Source: Histomonas meleagridis 2922-C6/04-290x (Eukaryota; Protista; Parabasalia). From it: 64,000 nucleotides of DNA. Made by a program: the position numbers and the translations under genes. The notes beneath the pieces are model-generated. The model saw only the letters and a list, made by a program, of their open reading frames with translations. It was not told the origin of the DNA and ran no database searches. Below, piece by piece: positions 10,887-21,731 of the stretch (position 1 is the stretch's first letter; each line of letters opens with the position of its first letter). Where the stretch lies: positions 496,001-560,000 of the forward strand of contig JAANOX010000011.1 in the NCBI GenBank assembly GCA_020184695.1. The letters are read 5' to 3'.

Positions 10887-11471
10887 ATGTCGGGTAAGAA
10901 GTTTTCCCTCAAGGTCATCCTTGTTGGAAACAGTGGTGTGGGAAAAACCAGTCTCGTAAGTGCATTTTTTGAAAATCCTTTTGAAACACAGTCATTACCA
11001 ACAATTGCTCCTGCATCATGTAGTGCAATCATTCCATTAGATAATAATGTATCTGTGGAACTTCAAATTTGGGATACAGCTGGTCAAGAACGATTCCAAT
11101 CAATTTCACATATGTTTTATCGTGATTCTCATATAGCTTTTGTTTGCTTTGACAAAGAATCTGTTGACTCTGTTGAAATATGGATTGGGAGAGTTCGCGC
11201 TGAAGTCCCTGAATGCGCTATTTTTTTGGTTACTACCAAATCTGATTTACTAGTTGATACTGAAAGGACAGAACTTGAAGAAAAGGGTGCAGAAATGATA
11301 AAAAGGTTTGGTGCAAAGCTTCACGCTTTTACGTCATCAAGTAAAGGAACCGGAATTAAAGAGTTATTCCGATCAGCTGCTCAATTTGTCAATCAAATCT
11401 ATGTTTCTAACCAACCAACAACTGAGATTGATTTAACTACGAAACAGGAAACTAAAAAATGCAATTGTTGA
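10887..11471 (+). CDS. Rab-family small GTPase
   Basis: GNSGVGKTS, WDTAGQERF, TKSD and C-terminal CXC (KKCNC) prenylation motif. Confidence 0.95.
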   Translation: MSGKKFSLKVILVGNSGVGKTSLVSAFFENPFETQSLPTIAPASCSAIIPLDNNVSVELQIWDTAGQERFQSISHMFYRDSHIAFVCFDKESVDSVEIWIGRVRAEVPECAIFLVTTKSDLLVDTERTELEEKGAEMIKRFGAKLHAFTSSSKGTGIKELFRSAAQFVNQIYVSNQPTTEIDLTTKQETKKCNC

Positions 11472-12213
11472 GTCTTAAAATATATTTGCCAATTTTGAAA
11501 ATTTTGTTCATGCGCTTGTTTCAATTAATCTAAATTTATATTAATATAATAAATTTAACAGCAAATAATTGCTATTGACCAAATTTTTGAATATGGAAAG
11601 ATTTAATAAAAGTGAAGTGAAATTCAAATTTATAACACATTATACAATTCATTAATTCTCTCATAAAAATGATATTCAATAGGTTTTTAGAGGATTTACA
11701 AAAATAAATATTATTAATTTTCTTATAACTAAATGAAATAATTATATTTTATTTTAAATATTTGATCGAACGCAATTGAAAACACTTTCAAAATTATGAT
11801 ATATTTAATCGTTGTGTGATCAAAATAAATTCAAAATGCGGTGGTGAACTCTTGTTTTTTTGATCAATCGTTTCGCGTCAAAGACGAACCTCGTCAATTT
11901 TAGTATACTTTTTACACTTCATTTTGTCCAATATAGATTTTCAATTTATCCAACCAGTTATTAAAGTGGTATCGAGAATTCAAACTGTTCAATATTGAAT
12001 TTCAATTTTGCTGAGCTTCAATTTGTCAAATTCATTATATAATAACAAAATCCCAGAAAACAAAGCAAAATATATCTATATAAAACATTGAATAAACTCG
12101 GGATTGAATTTAGATAAAATTCATTGATTGGTTGAGGAAGGAAAATATTCGAATAAAAAATGATGCAATATTTTACAATGTACAATTTTTTTGATTCTCT
12201 CATTTGAAAAATA

Positions 12214-13460
12214 TAATGAGAAGTAAATAAATTATTACCCCTCTCCGATTTCACTCAATAAAAGGATTTTTTTCTGATTTTTATCTATTTGATAAAGTAT
12301 TCCCCATTGTGCTCAATTACCCAGTTTAACCTCTCCATCCATTTTCTAAAGACATATTGAAGCTCTTCAAAACTTACGGTTTCCCAACAGGTTACAATGC
12401 ATGTTTTTAGGTCATGTTCATATTTTATCTCCTCTAAATATTTTTTCATTCTTCCGAATAACCAAAAGTCGCATGGGCTGATGTCAGAAGAATAAGGTGG
12501 GTGTGATATTGATTTGACTTTTAGATTCTCCAATTTATTGGTTACAAGTTTGCCTTTGTGAACTCTACAATTGTCCATATGAAATATCATATTTTCTAAG
12601 TCGAGTTCATCCTCTATTTCATCAGAATTTAATTGAATTTTCGGGATGATGTGATCAATGAAATACCGCTGATTATATTTACGTCCATTTGGAAGCATGT
12701 CACAGCATAGAAGACAATTTCCATTAAAAAACATTGTTACCATAATTTTTTTGAAACAAATTGTCATTGAGGTACGGTGAGGCACTTTTACAGGTGGTGA
12801 AGCATATATATAAGGACTTTCATATATCAAATAGAACCAGGACTCATCATCGGTCATAATATTAATAAAACTCTTTTTTGCAGCTTGCTTCAATATTTCT
12901 AAAATTCCAATTGAACGTTGTACCCTTTCTTCCTTCTGCTGGACCGTTAATTCATGGGGGATCCACTTTCTGGCATATTTTTTTAAATCCACATCATCTT
13001 TAAGAAATGTTGATATAGTTTATCGTATTACATTGAGTTTCGTGCTTTTGTCACTTGAGAATGGATATTCCTCAAGGATTTTTGTAATCGGTCCAACTAA
13101 GTCACTCTTGTGTCCACCGGGGATGTTATTGGATAGGCATGTTAAATTCCCCGTATTAAATTTTTGACACAGTCTCTTAACTGTGCTTATATTTACAATA
13201 TCTTCATGAAGCGTGTTCTATAGTTCTATGTATATGGTTTGTAAACTTTACCACTTAGGAAGAGAAATTTGAGAACAAACTTTTGCTCGAATGTTTCCAT
13301 AATTTTTGTGAACTTATATAATGACGTTTTTGACACCACCAAAATTTCAAACAAAATTATCTCGTCACCTTCACAAAATTATCTCGTCACCTTCACAAAA
13401 TTTTTTTTATTCACTAGAAGTCGAAATAGGTGGGGTCAATCTTATTTACCCCCCCCCCTA
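12214..13460 (-). mobile_element. Degenerate mariner-type (D,D34D) DNA transposon
   Basis: The ORF at 12285-12992 has RKWIPHELT, TDDESWF, HMDNCRVH and YSSDISPCDFWLF. The HTH part upstream (~12990-13210) is frameshifted. Decayed inverted ends: gtaaataa...cccc...atttc at ~12214-12254 versus its reverse complement at ~13420-13460. Length is about 1.25 kb. Confidence 0.85.
13351..13394. repeat. 22-nt tandem duplication inside the mariner element
   Basis: acaaaattatctcgtcaccttc, two exact copies. Confidence 0.9.
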
Positions 13461-13519
13461 TATTCTGGGTTAATATTACTGGATTTTAAATTAATAGTAG
13501 CACAATGAACCGGTTTATT

Positions 13520-15553
13520 GTTTTGTTTCCATTATATAATGGAAATATAAAATCATTAAAATAAATTTTAAATGAAACGAATTAATATTTTCATCAGTAA
13601 TATCAATTCCTTCTTGTTCAAGAAGGAATTTAACTATTTCTTTATTACCATTATAAGATGCTAATATAAGTGCTGTTTTAAATAATTTAAATAATTTCCA
13701 AATTTTATTTTGAAATATTAAATTCTAAAAATAAATATTATCTTTATCATTAACATCAATTCCTTCTTGTTCAAGAAGTAATTTAACTATTTCTGTATGA
13801 CCATTTGAAGATGCTAACATAAGTGCTGTCCAAAATAATTTGAATAATTTCCAAATATTATTTTGAAATATAAAATTATTAAATTAAATATTAAATAAAA
13901 CAAATAAATATTTTTAGCATTAATATCAATTCCTTCTTGTTCAAGAAGTAATTTAACTACTTCTAATTTACCATTTTCTGATGCTATCATAAATGCTGTT
14001 TCAAATAATCTAAATTGTTTCTAAATATTATTTTGAAATATAATAAAATTATTAAAATAAAAATCAAATAAAACAAATAAAAACCTTTAGTACTAACATC
14101 AATTCCTTTTAGTTCAAGAAGTAATTTAACTATTTCTGTATGACCATTTAAAGATGCAAAAATAAGTGCTGTATAAAATATTTTAAATAATTTCCAAATT
14201 TTATTTTGAAATTCTAAATTATTGAAATAAATTTTAAATAAAACAAATAAATATTTTTAGCATTAATATCAATTCCTTCTTGTTCAAGAAGTAATTTAAC
14301 TATTTCTGTATGACCATTTAAAGATGCAAAAATAAGTGCTGTATAAAATATTTTAAATAATTTCCAAATTTTATTTTGAAATTCTAAATTATTGAAATAA
14401 ATTTTAAATAAAACAAATAAATATCTTTAGCATTAATATCAATTCCTTCTTGTTTTATAACGTATTCAACAAGTTCAATATTTCCTGATCCAGATGAAAA
14501 TACCAAAATATCATGTGGAATTGAATGCACTTTAAGAAAATATTTAACTAAAAAAATATTTCCATTAGTTGCTGCTTCAATAATAATATCATCATTGATT
14601 TTCATTCCTTCTTTAAGTAAAAATGAAAATATTTCATAGTTATGATATGAAATACATTTAACTCCTAATTCTTCTAAATTATTGGTTTCTTTTGATTTGT
14701 TATCATAAAGATATTTAAAGATATCATTTTGATGAAACATAATTGCTACTTCATATGCATTGTTAAATGATGAATGATTTTGTTCACATAAATGAATAAT
14801 TTCTTCATTCCCACCTGTATTTTCGGTATTAGCAGAATTCATAAGTAAATATTTAAAACATTTAATAGATCCAAAGAATGCTGCATAATCAATTAATGTA
14901 ACATTTCTTTGATTAATGAATGAATATCTTTCATAAATTGATTTTCGAATTTTCTGGTTAAAATCAAAATTTGTTTGTGATGATATTTCTTGAAGTTTTT
15001 CTATTTCATCATTTCGAATTATTTTTGTAATTTCATTTGGATTATTTCCTTCGCTAATTAATTTCTTATGAAGTTCTCAATCATTCTTTGAAAGTTCTTC
15101 ATAATTTACAAAATCATGTTCCCTTAAATAGATTGCTAATTCTTCTTTAGACATATAATGTGCAAAATAAGCACTTTGGTTGTTTTTTACAATGTTTGGG
15201 TCAAGAAAATTATGTTTAATCATAGCTTCAAGAAGATAATATGATTCATTTGTATATTCATTACAAAGAAACCGATAAAATACATTAAATATATTGGATT
15301 TGATTTTATTACTCTCTTCAAATGCTCTTATTTCTTTTATAATATTCAAAAATAAATCTGCATTATTATTTTTAATTACAAAGGAATAATATATCATTTG
15401 AATAATAATTAAATCATAAGATAAAGGATGATTTTCATCAAATTTGCTTATTATTAAACCTAAAGATCGAGAGAAATTTTCTTCATTCAAACTAAAAATT
15501 GCTTGATTTATTGATAGAAATGTTTCCCAGTCGCAATGTTCCTTTGGTCTCAT
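13520..15553 (-). pseudogene. DUF3447-type ankyrin gene with intervening sequences in every repeat (locus B), probably disabled
   Basis: The N-terminal region resembles 31793-33000 but has TGA where that paralog has W (KND*ELHKK vs KNDWELHKK). Spacers are at 14343-14422 (80 nt), 14173-14252 (80), 14000-14082 (83), 13830-13909 (80) and 13677-13739 (63), with a sixth partial one. The gene ends next to the mariner element. Confidence 0.8.
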
Positions 15554-15839
15554 GTTGAAAATATTAATAACAGATATATCAATTCAAATTTCAATTAGGA
15601 AGTGGTGGGATTTTAAACGGTCAAAAACCTGTACGTTAAGGGAATGTTTATCGATTTAATTTGAATTCAAAAAAACTTCCTACTTGAAGATCATTATGTC
15701 TTCACATGCGATTAATTGAAATCAAATTGGTACAACATGAATAATACCAATTTTTTTAACAATCTATTAGAAGGAAAGTCGGTTGACACCGTCTTCAGTA
15801 AACTTTTTTAGAAAAGCGCCAAGTACTCTTTAGTATATA

Positions 15840-17565
15840 CAGATTTGAATAAAAAGGTACTAACCCCTTTTGCACTTTTTTGTCACTTTTTATTTTGAAA
15901 AATGATAAAATCAAGCGATGCGTTCAAGACACCTGCAATTCCAATTGATGAATTTAAAGAACGACTAAAGGGAACTATTTTAAGCGATGTAGATATAAGG
16001 GCATTATTAAGAAATCCGGAATTTCAATCATCACAATTTCGAAATGACCAAGTACTTTTTCTCCGTGAATATTGTGAAAATGTGTGTCATATTTTGCTTA
16101 ACAACAAAAAACTTGAAGAAATATTCGATGTAAGTCATGGGGTTATAGCAAATATTAGAAAAAAGCAAAAAATGCAAAAAATGAAATAGGGCTCCCCAGA
16201 ATTTTTAATGATGAAGAAGAAAATCAAATAATTGAGTATATAATTGAAATGGCAGGAAAAAACGAATTCCTAACGAAACAAGAATTATTGCTGTACATAA
16301 AAACAAAATTTGGCAAAGAAGTTACAAAAGAATGGCTTGCTGGATTTTTTGAGAATTACAAAGATCAAATCGGATTCATCAAAGCTATTCCTCAAGAGAA
16401 CACAAGATTGAATGTGTATAGAAGATTTCTAGATAAGCACATTGAAAATATAAAGGAATATGTTGATGGGAAAGCAGCCGAACTGGTTTTCAACATAGAT
16501 GAAATGGGTACAAGCGAATGAAAAGATAAAAAAATAAAATCGGTTATAGCACCAAGAAATATGTGTCAAGCACCTGATATGGTACCTGTAAAACGTTCAA
16601 TTAGGCATCAAACATTAATTTCTTGTATTAGCGCAGCAGGTGATGCAATAACTCCAATGACAATTGCTTCTAGCCTACGAGTTTATGATATCTATCGTAC
16701 AGGTATAAGAAATGGAATCGACCTGAAAATCTCAATATCAAATCCTCCATACGTGAAAAAAGATATATTTTATGATTATATTACAAATGTATTTATTTTA
16801 TATGTTAATAATCAGCGAAGTATTAAGGGGTTTTCGGATGAGTTTGCTGTTTTATTCATGGACAATCATTCTTCACATTGGGATCCTGAAATTTTGAAAA
16901 TTCTTGCCGAAAATCGAGTAATTGTTATAACATTTCCTCCGCATACATCTAACCTTATTCAAATGCTTGATTTGGTGATATTTGGTGCACTTAAAAATGT
17001 TAAAAAAGGTCTCACATCAAAACAAACCTTGAATGATGTTGCAGCATTGACTGAAAAAATTTTTATAACATATGAACAAGTTACGACCAGTATTAACGTT
17101 CGTTCTAGCTTTGAAAGAGCTGGCATATCTACTGATCTTAATGAAGATAAAAGGAGAATAATTTTTGATGAGGAAAAGGTTCGGAATTCATTCGAGTTTT
17201 CTGAGATCTTGAATATAAATTTTGATAAATCCAATTTATCACAAAGAAGATTAAACACGAACTGGGGTTTTATTAACAAAGAATACTTCCCAGAAGGTAT
17301 CTTTGAGTAAACACCAAAAATTTAAAAAATATTTGAAATTTAATGAAAGAAATGAAAAAAATTGAAATTTGAAAAAGTGCTCATAAAATCTCACCTGATT
17401 AAATTCTCAAGCTTAAAATTTATTCATAATAATTAAATTGCATATATTTTATATATTTATTAAGCATTTTTTCTTATATTTAGTCTATCAAAAGATATTT
17501 TAATTTTTTTTATGTATATTTCTGAAAAAGTGCAAAAGGGGTTAGTACCTTTTTATTCAAATCTG
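15840..17565 (+). mobile_element. pogo/Tigger-like (DDE_1) DNA transposon with perfect 41-bp TIRs and TA target duplication
   Basis: cagatttgaataaaaaggtactaaccccttttgcacttttt at 15840-15880 is the exact reverse complement of 17525-17565, with TA on both sides. The transposase is in three pieces (15902-16189, 16249-16521, 16561-17310) carrying FNIDEMG, FMDNHSSH and FPPHTSNLIQMLD. Confidence 0.93.
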
Positions 17566-17658
17566 TAATTTTTTTTTGATTAACCATAATAACAATTTTT
17601 TTAAGAAAAATTTGCAAAAATTATCAAAATTGTTTTTATTATTTAAATCGAAAGAATT

Positions 17659-19578
17659 TTATTTTTCCTCATTTTGTATTATTTGAATGTACGGATACAT
17701 TTTATGCAAATAGGAAATTTTGACCTTTGAATTCTCATTTATTCTACTTAATGTGATCAAATTATTTAAGATACTTTTCAGCAGATCGCTCGCATCTTCT
17801 GATTTCCCATTTTCTTTAATGTATGTTAAAATCTCACTTTTTGCCTTATTGAAATACATTTGTATTTCTTTCTTAAATATAATTTCGTATCCTTTATACT
17901 TCTCGATCGAGAACTCTAGTTTAAACTTTTCATAATCCAACTTCGGGAAGTGGACCATTTTATTAATTGGTAAGACGCGATTATTAAACACAAATTCCTC
18001 ATTAAAGAAATCGCCATTTTTCACCTCATAACATTTCCAAAACGATAATAACTTTAAGAAGTTAAAACAACCATTATAAAACTCACTCAAACCACTCAAA
18101 TATATCTCATCATTTGTTTTGTTTTGAATCTTTCGATTAACATCTTTCTCATTCCGAACCCACGTCTTAGACTTATTATTATTAACTGTTCTATATACAG
18201 CAGAAGCAACTCGGAATTGTGACATTGATAACATTGACGTCTTTGTAATGACATGCATACAATATGTTAAGATATGGATATCACGTAACGAATAGACATC
18301 AGACATAAATCCCCATTTATACGTAAGGAATAATAACTGTGAGCCAATATGAGTGCTCCATAATGGGAATACATTTTCGGCAGCCATTTGTTGTTCTTTA
18401 GATACACAACGTGGAAATTCTTTTTGTTGAACTGCTTCGCTTTGTAATTCGAATCCTTTATATTGTACAATGCTCCAACTAGAAGCACCAGTATCTGAAA
18501 AGTATAAATGCGCTGACGAAATGGGACCAATTAACCGTTGTACAATAGTGGCAATGACAACATTGAAATAATTAACAAAGTCAGTGAATGTCGAATGTTT
18601 AAAGAATTTCTCGTTGATGTAATATCGACGTAATTCTTTGCGGATATATAGTTCTGGTTTGATGCTATGGAAGTATTCGGTTGGTTCGGGCTTCTCAAAT
18701 AAGATCCAGTAAACAATATACCGTGTTAAGCCTAAATGAGTATTGGATTCATTCCAGTTGGAGAGTGTGGATATAAGAGTGGAAATATCAAATTCATGCT
18801 TGAAAAGCTTTTGGGCTTCTTGAGTTTCGGAAGAAAAACGTTTAAGCATTTGAATGGCATCTTCATGATTGGGAATATGAGGCTTGGCTGGCGCATTGGA
18901 TGGAGGCGAATCGCGATAGTGAAGGAATTTATCAATGCCTAATTCGTTGGTTTCGATGGGAATGTCAAAATCTTCAATAAGTGTCTCGGAATATGGATCA
19001 TTTAGGAAATTGGAAAGACTGATTTCAAATCGCGCTAAGGATTTAAGAACTTCTGGCATTTCAATTTTTTCTAATTCGGTGGATAACTCATTTATATCAT
19101 ACTTGACAAGGGATGTTGTGTATTTGACATTGTGACGCCAGAATGTTGTGCTAAAAAGAAGCTTGTGGACAAAATCTTCAATTTGATAACAAGCAGTTGA
19201 AAAACATTTGAACATGAATTTAAGAATAGGATTTGTGATTTCACAATCTTTTTGTATGTAGAGTGATGTTAATATGTTGGTATATGCATCATTACCATCA
19301 ATTCTGGATGCTTGAAGATCAATAAATTTACCACAAATGCCTAAGATTTCTTCATTTGTAAGGTTATCTGTTGGTGCCTTAGTTCCAGATTCGATAGAAT
19401 CCTTGACAGAATGATGTCCATTTGCAATAAAGTGAGAATCAAGTCTTTTACCTGAAACTTCGAGAGACATCATTGCATTTTTAGAACTAAAATTATCATT
19501 AAAGATAAACTCATCATAATGAAGTTGCTCAGTGCATCGAGAAAAAATTGAAATGTCAACCTCTTCGAAACCCTCCAT
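17659..19578 (-). CDS. NAA35: NatC N-acetyltransferase auxiliary subunit (Mak10/NAA35)
   Basis: The N-terminus EEVDISIFSRCTEQLHYDEFIFNDNFSSKNAMMSLEVSGKRLDS resembles the Mak10 signature. First ATG at 19578 (the ORF track starts at a TTG). Confidence 0.65.
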   Translation of the reverse strand: MEGFEEVDISIFSRCTEQLHYDEFIFNDNFSSKNAMMSLEVSGKRLDSHFIANGHHSVKDSIESGTKAPTDNLTNEEILGICGKFIDLQASRIDGNDAYTNILTSLYIQKDCEITNPILKFMFKCFSTACYQIEDFVHKLLFSTTFWRHNVKYTTSLVKYDINELSTELEKIEMPEVLKSLARFEISLSNFLNDPYSETLIEDFDIPIETNELGIDKFLHYRDSPPSNAPAKPHIPNHEDAIQMLKRFSSETQEAQKLFKHEFDISTLISTLSNWNESNTHLGLTRYIVYWILFEKPEPTEYFHSIKPELYIRKELRRYYINEKFFKHSTFTDFVNYFNVVIATIVQRLIGPISSAHLYFSDTGASSWSIVQYKGFELQSEAVQQKEFPRCVSKEQQMAAENVFPLWSTHIGSQLLFLTYKWGFMSDVYSLRDIHILTYCMHVITKTSMLSMSQFRVASAVYRTVNNNKSKTWVRNEKDVNRKIQNKTNDEIYLSGLSEFYNGCFNFLKLLSFWKCYEVKNGDFFNEEFVFNNRVLPINKMVHFPKLDYEKFKLEFSIEKYKGYEIIFKKEIQMYFNKAKSEILTYIKENGKSEDASDLLKSILNNLITLSRINENSKVKISYLHKMYPYIQIIQNEEK

Positions 19579-19784
19579 TGCAGTGTTCAAACAAACCTTG
19601 TCAAATAAGAAATGCGAAATAAAATGTTACACAAATACAGATGAAATTCGAGGAATCTAATTTTAGAAAGTACAATTCACTTAAATATATAATCACATTT
19701 TAAATTAATTATCAATATCAAGATTTGATTATCACATCATAAAAGGTCAAGTTAAAACAAAAATAAGCTTAAGCACCGAAGAGT

Positions 19785-20192
19785 TTACCAACGTGCACGG
19801 TATCCACGAGTATCAACGTGGGTGAATGAGTTGTATTTACCAACACCACCATTTGGATTGATTGAGTTAGCATAGTTGTAAACAGTGGATGGGGAAACAC
19901 CAGAAACAACAATATCAGCAGCAGTTCCTTTGACGTGTTGTGAGTTTGTAGCACCACCAACCTTCTTGTTGTATGAAGCTGTACGGTAAGCAGAGTTGAT
20001 TGTGACAGCCTTGCCGAAGTGGTTACGGATCTTTTCGAGGAGATTAACGAGGTCAGATGAAATGATGATCTTATCGGAACCATCCTTGCAACGGAATTCA
20101 CGAACTTTGAAGTGGCTGCTTAAGTACTTGTTACCATCCTTGGCAAGAGAGTATGTTGCAGAAAGGGCAACTGTTGTGAAAAGGAAGAACAT
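19785..20192 (-). CDS. Secreted peptidase M15A (Zn D-Ala-D-Ala peptidase/Peptidase_M15_3), bacterial or phage type
   Basis: HFKVREFRCKDG, INSAYRTASYN, SQHVKGTAADI and FTHVDTR. Signal peptide MFFLFTTVALSA. ATG at 20192. Confidence 0.9.
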   Translation of the reverse strand: MFFLFTTVALSATYSLAKDGNKYLSSHFKVREFRCKDGSDKIIISSDLVNLLEKIRNHFGKAVTINSAYRTASYNKKVGGATNSQHVKGTAADIVVSGVSPSTVYNYANSINPNGGVGKYNSFTHVDTRGYRARW

Positions 20193-20195
20193 GAA

Positions 20196-20200
20196 AATGA
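20196..20200 (-). promoter_or_regulatory. Parabasalid initiator-like element (TCATT)
   Basis: ttgtTCATTttcATG directly before the M15A start; matches the trichomonad TCAY(T/A) Inr. Confidence 0.5.
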
Positions 20201-20762
20201 ACAACCGTAACGGAAATTCTAATGCGCATTCAATTTTTGAGTTATTTGATCAAGGAAAACTTTTGTGCGCACACTATTCAATTATTATCACGATTTTAAA
20301 TTTTTGATTTATCTGTAACTCATCAACTCTTTTATATTTTTGATTTTTTATTAATAATTTTATAAAACAAAAAATAATTTCGCTTAGTGTCATGCTTAAA
20401 TTATAAATATTCCCATAGGATAATCCAAAATTTTTGTTTTTTTTTGAAAATTATTTTTCAATACTTCACCATTTTGCTCAGAATTTTGTGCCATAGAAGT
20501 AACTGTACAGTTTTTGAGTAGTTTATATTTTAACTCCACTAATTTGGCCAAGTTGACTATAAAATAGAACTGACTTAGAAATAATAATTTTAAATCAATT
20601 AAATCATAGACATGGAAATAACATTTTCCTAATTAATTTATTAAATTAATAAATTTATATCTGTTAATCATCTCAACTTTAAGTATCTTCATATCAATAA
20701 TCATCAAATGTCAAATATATTAAAGAAAAAAATCTAACAACGAATACGTAAAATAGTTGATT

Positions 20763-21731
20763 TTATTTTATGTTTAGCGGGGTTTGAGACATGTCAAGTG
20801 TTGCTTGTTTCATTTGATCATCAAACACAATACGGAAGTGTTGGCCATTTGATGTGATTCCGCACAGTTTCAATGTTTTCGCAGAAAAATATAACCATGA
20901 AATATGATTTTCAGCGTCTTTAATACGCATGGTATTTCTTGCCGCTTTTGGATCTTGTTCAGCGCTCGAGTCAGCCCATGCAATAAAGAAGACGTGCGTC
21001 ATTCCATTTGCAGATGAGACGGCCAATTGTGTGCCATGTGGTTCAAAAGACATGGATAGAATACGGGAGCTCGCAGTGGTCCTTTTGAGGAATGCAATCT
21101 TTTTCATTGATGGGACACTATATACAATGATATTTTTACCATCATCACCAGCAACAGCTAAAAGCCTTCCATTGTCACTAAACTTTATGAATGAAACTGG
21201 TGTCTTGAATGCATGTACATTTAGGGGAGTAAATGATGGATCTAAATAATCACATATTGTAACAACACCAATATCAGGTGATGGATAAGCAATGAGAGAA
21301 GAGGAAATTGTGGCTGGGATGTCAAATATACCATCTTTGTTAAATGCAGTATTGAATGTTGTGATTATTGATGAATCAGAAAGAGAATTAACAAAAATGC
21401 TCTTTGAAGTTGCAGCAACAAGAATGTCGGGTCTAAGGCGTATGCCCCAGATAGAATCATTATAAGTAATTGTGGAGAGTGCAGTATTATTTGCAATGTC
21501 CCATATGTATACATTTTGAGAGGGATCTGTGCTTGCGGTAATAGCAACAATGTTAGAGTTTCCAAGAACAGAAATTAGACGTGTTCCATTTGACATTGAC
21601 TTAATTCGACATGTTGAAATATTTTGAGATGTTCCAGCATCAAAAAGCGAAAATCCGTATGAAGTTGCACACGCTATTATGTTTGCATCATTTTCAAAAA
21701 CTACGTTTCGAATATCGCTTCCAAGATTCAT
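20763..21731 (-). CDS. ATG18: WD40 beta-propeller, ATG18/WIPI-like
   Basis: NIIACATSYGFSLF, HAFKTPVSFIKFSDNGRLLAVA and LKRTT (degenerate FRRG position). Confidence 0.65.
   Translation of the reverse strand: MNLGSDIRNVVFENDANIIACATSYGFSLFDAGTSQNISTCRIKSMSNGTRLISVLGNSNIVAITASTDPSQNVYIWDIANNTALSTITYNDSIWGIRLRPDILVAATSKSIFVNSLSDSSIITTFNTAFNKDGIFDIPATISSSLIAYPSPDIGVVTICDYLDPSFTPLNVHAFKTPVSFIKFSDNGRLLAVAGDDGKNIIVYSVPSMKKIAFLKRTTASSRILSMSFEPHGTQLAVSSANGMTHVFFIAWADSSAEQDPKAARNTMRIKDAENHISWLYFSAKTLKLCGITSNGQHFRIVFDDQMKQATLDMSQTPLNIK

Noticed and set aside
13503-13520. Near-palindrome caatgaaccggtttattg as a Helitron 3' hairpin
   Set aside because: There is no convincing CTRR terminus or Rep/helicase sequence, and it is a single short instance at a TE/pseudogene junction.
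13677-14422. Spacers as ordinary trichomonad spliceosomal introns
   Set aside because: No ACTAAC/TCTAAC branch motif is present and most lack a 5' GT. Using the ACAG in the Thr-Ala codons as 3' site would delete the conserved D...T residues and is impossible in locus A.
15077-16521. UGA read as Trp (TGA at Trp-like positions in ankyrin locus B and in the pogo transposase)
   Set aside because: TGA is a normal stop elsewhere, for example right after the Rab CXC motif and the CaaX box, and intact genes use TGG for Trp. Both cases are in decaying sequences.
19785-20192. Bacterial contamination as the source of the M15A and other bacterial-type genes
   Set aside because: They are embedded among clearly eukaryotic genes with matching AT-rich intergenic DNA and Inr-like starts, with no operon or Shine-Dalgarno pattern.
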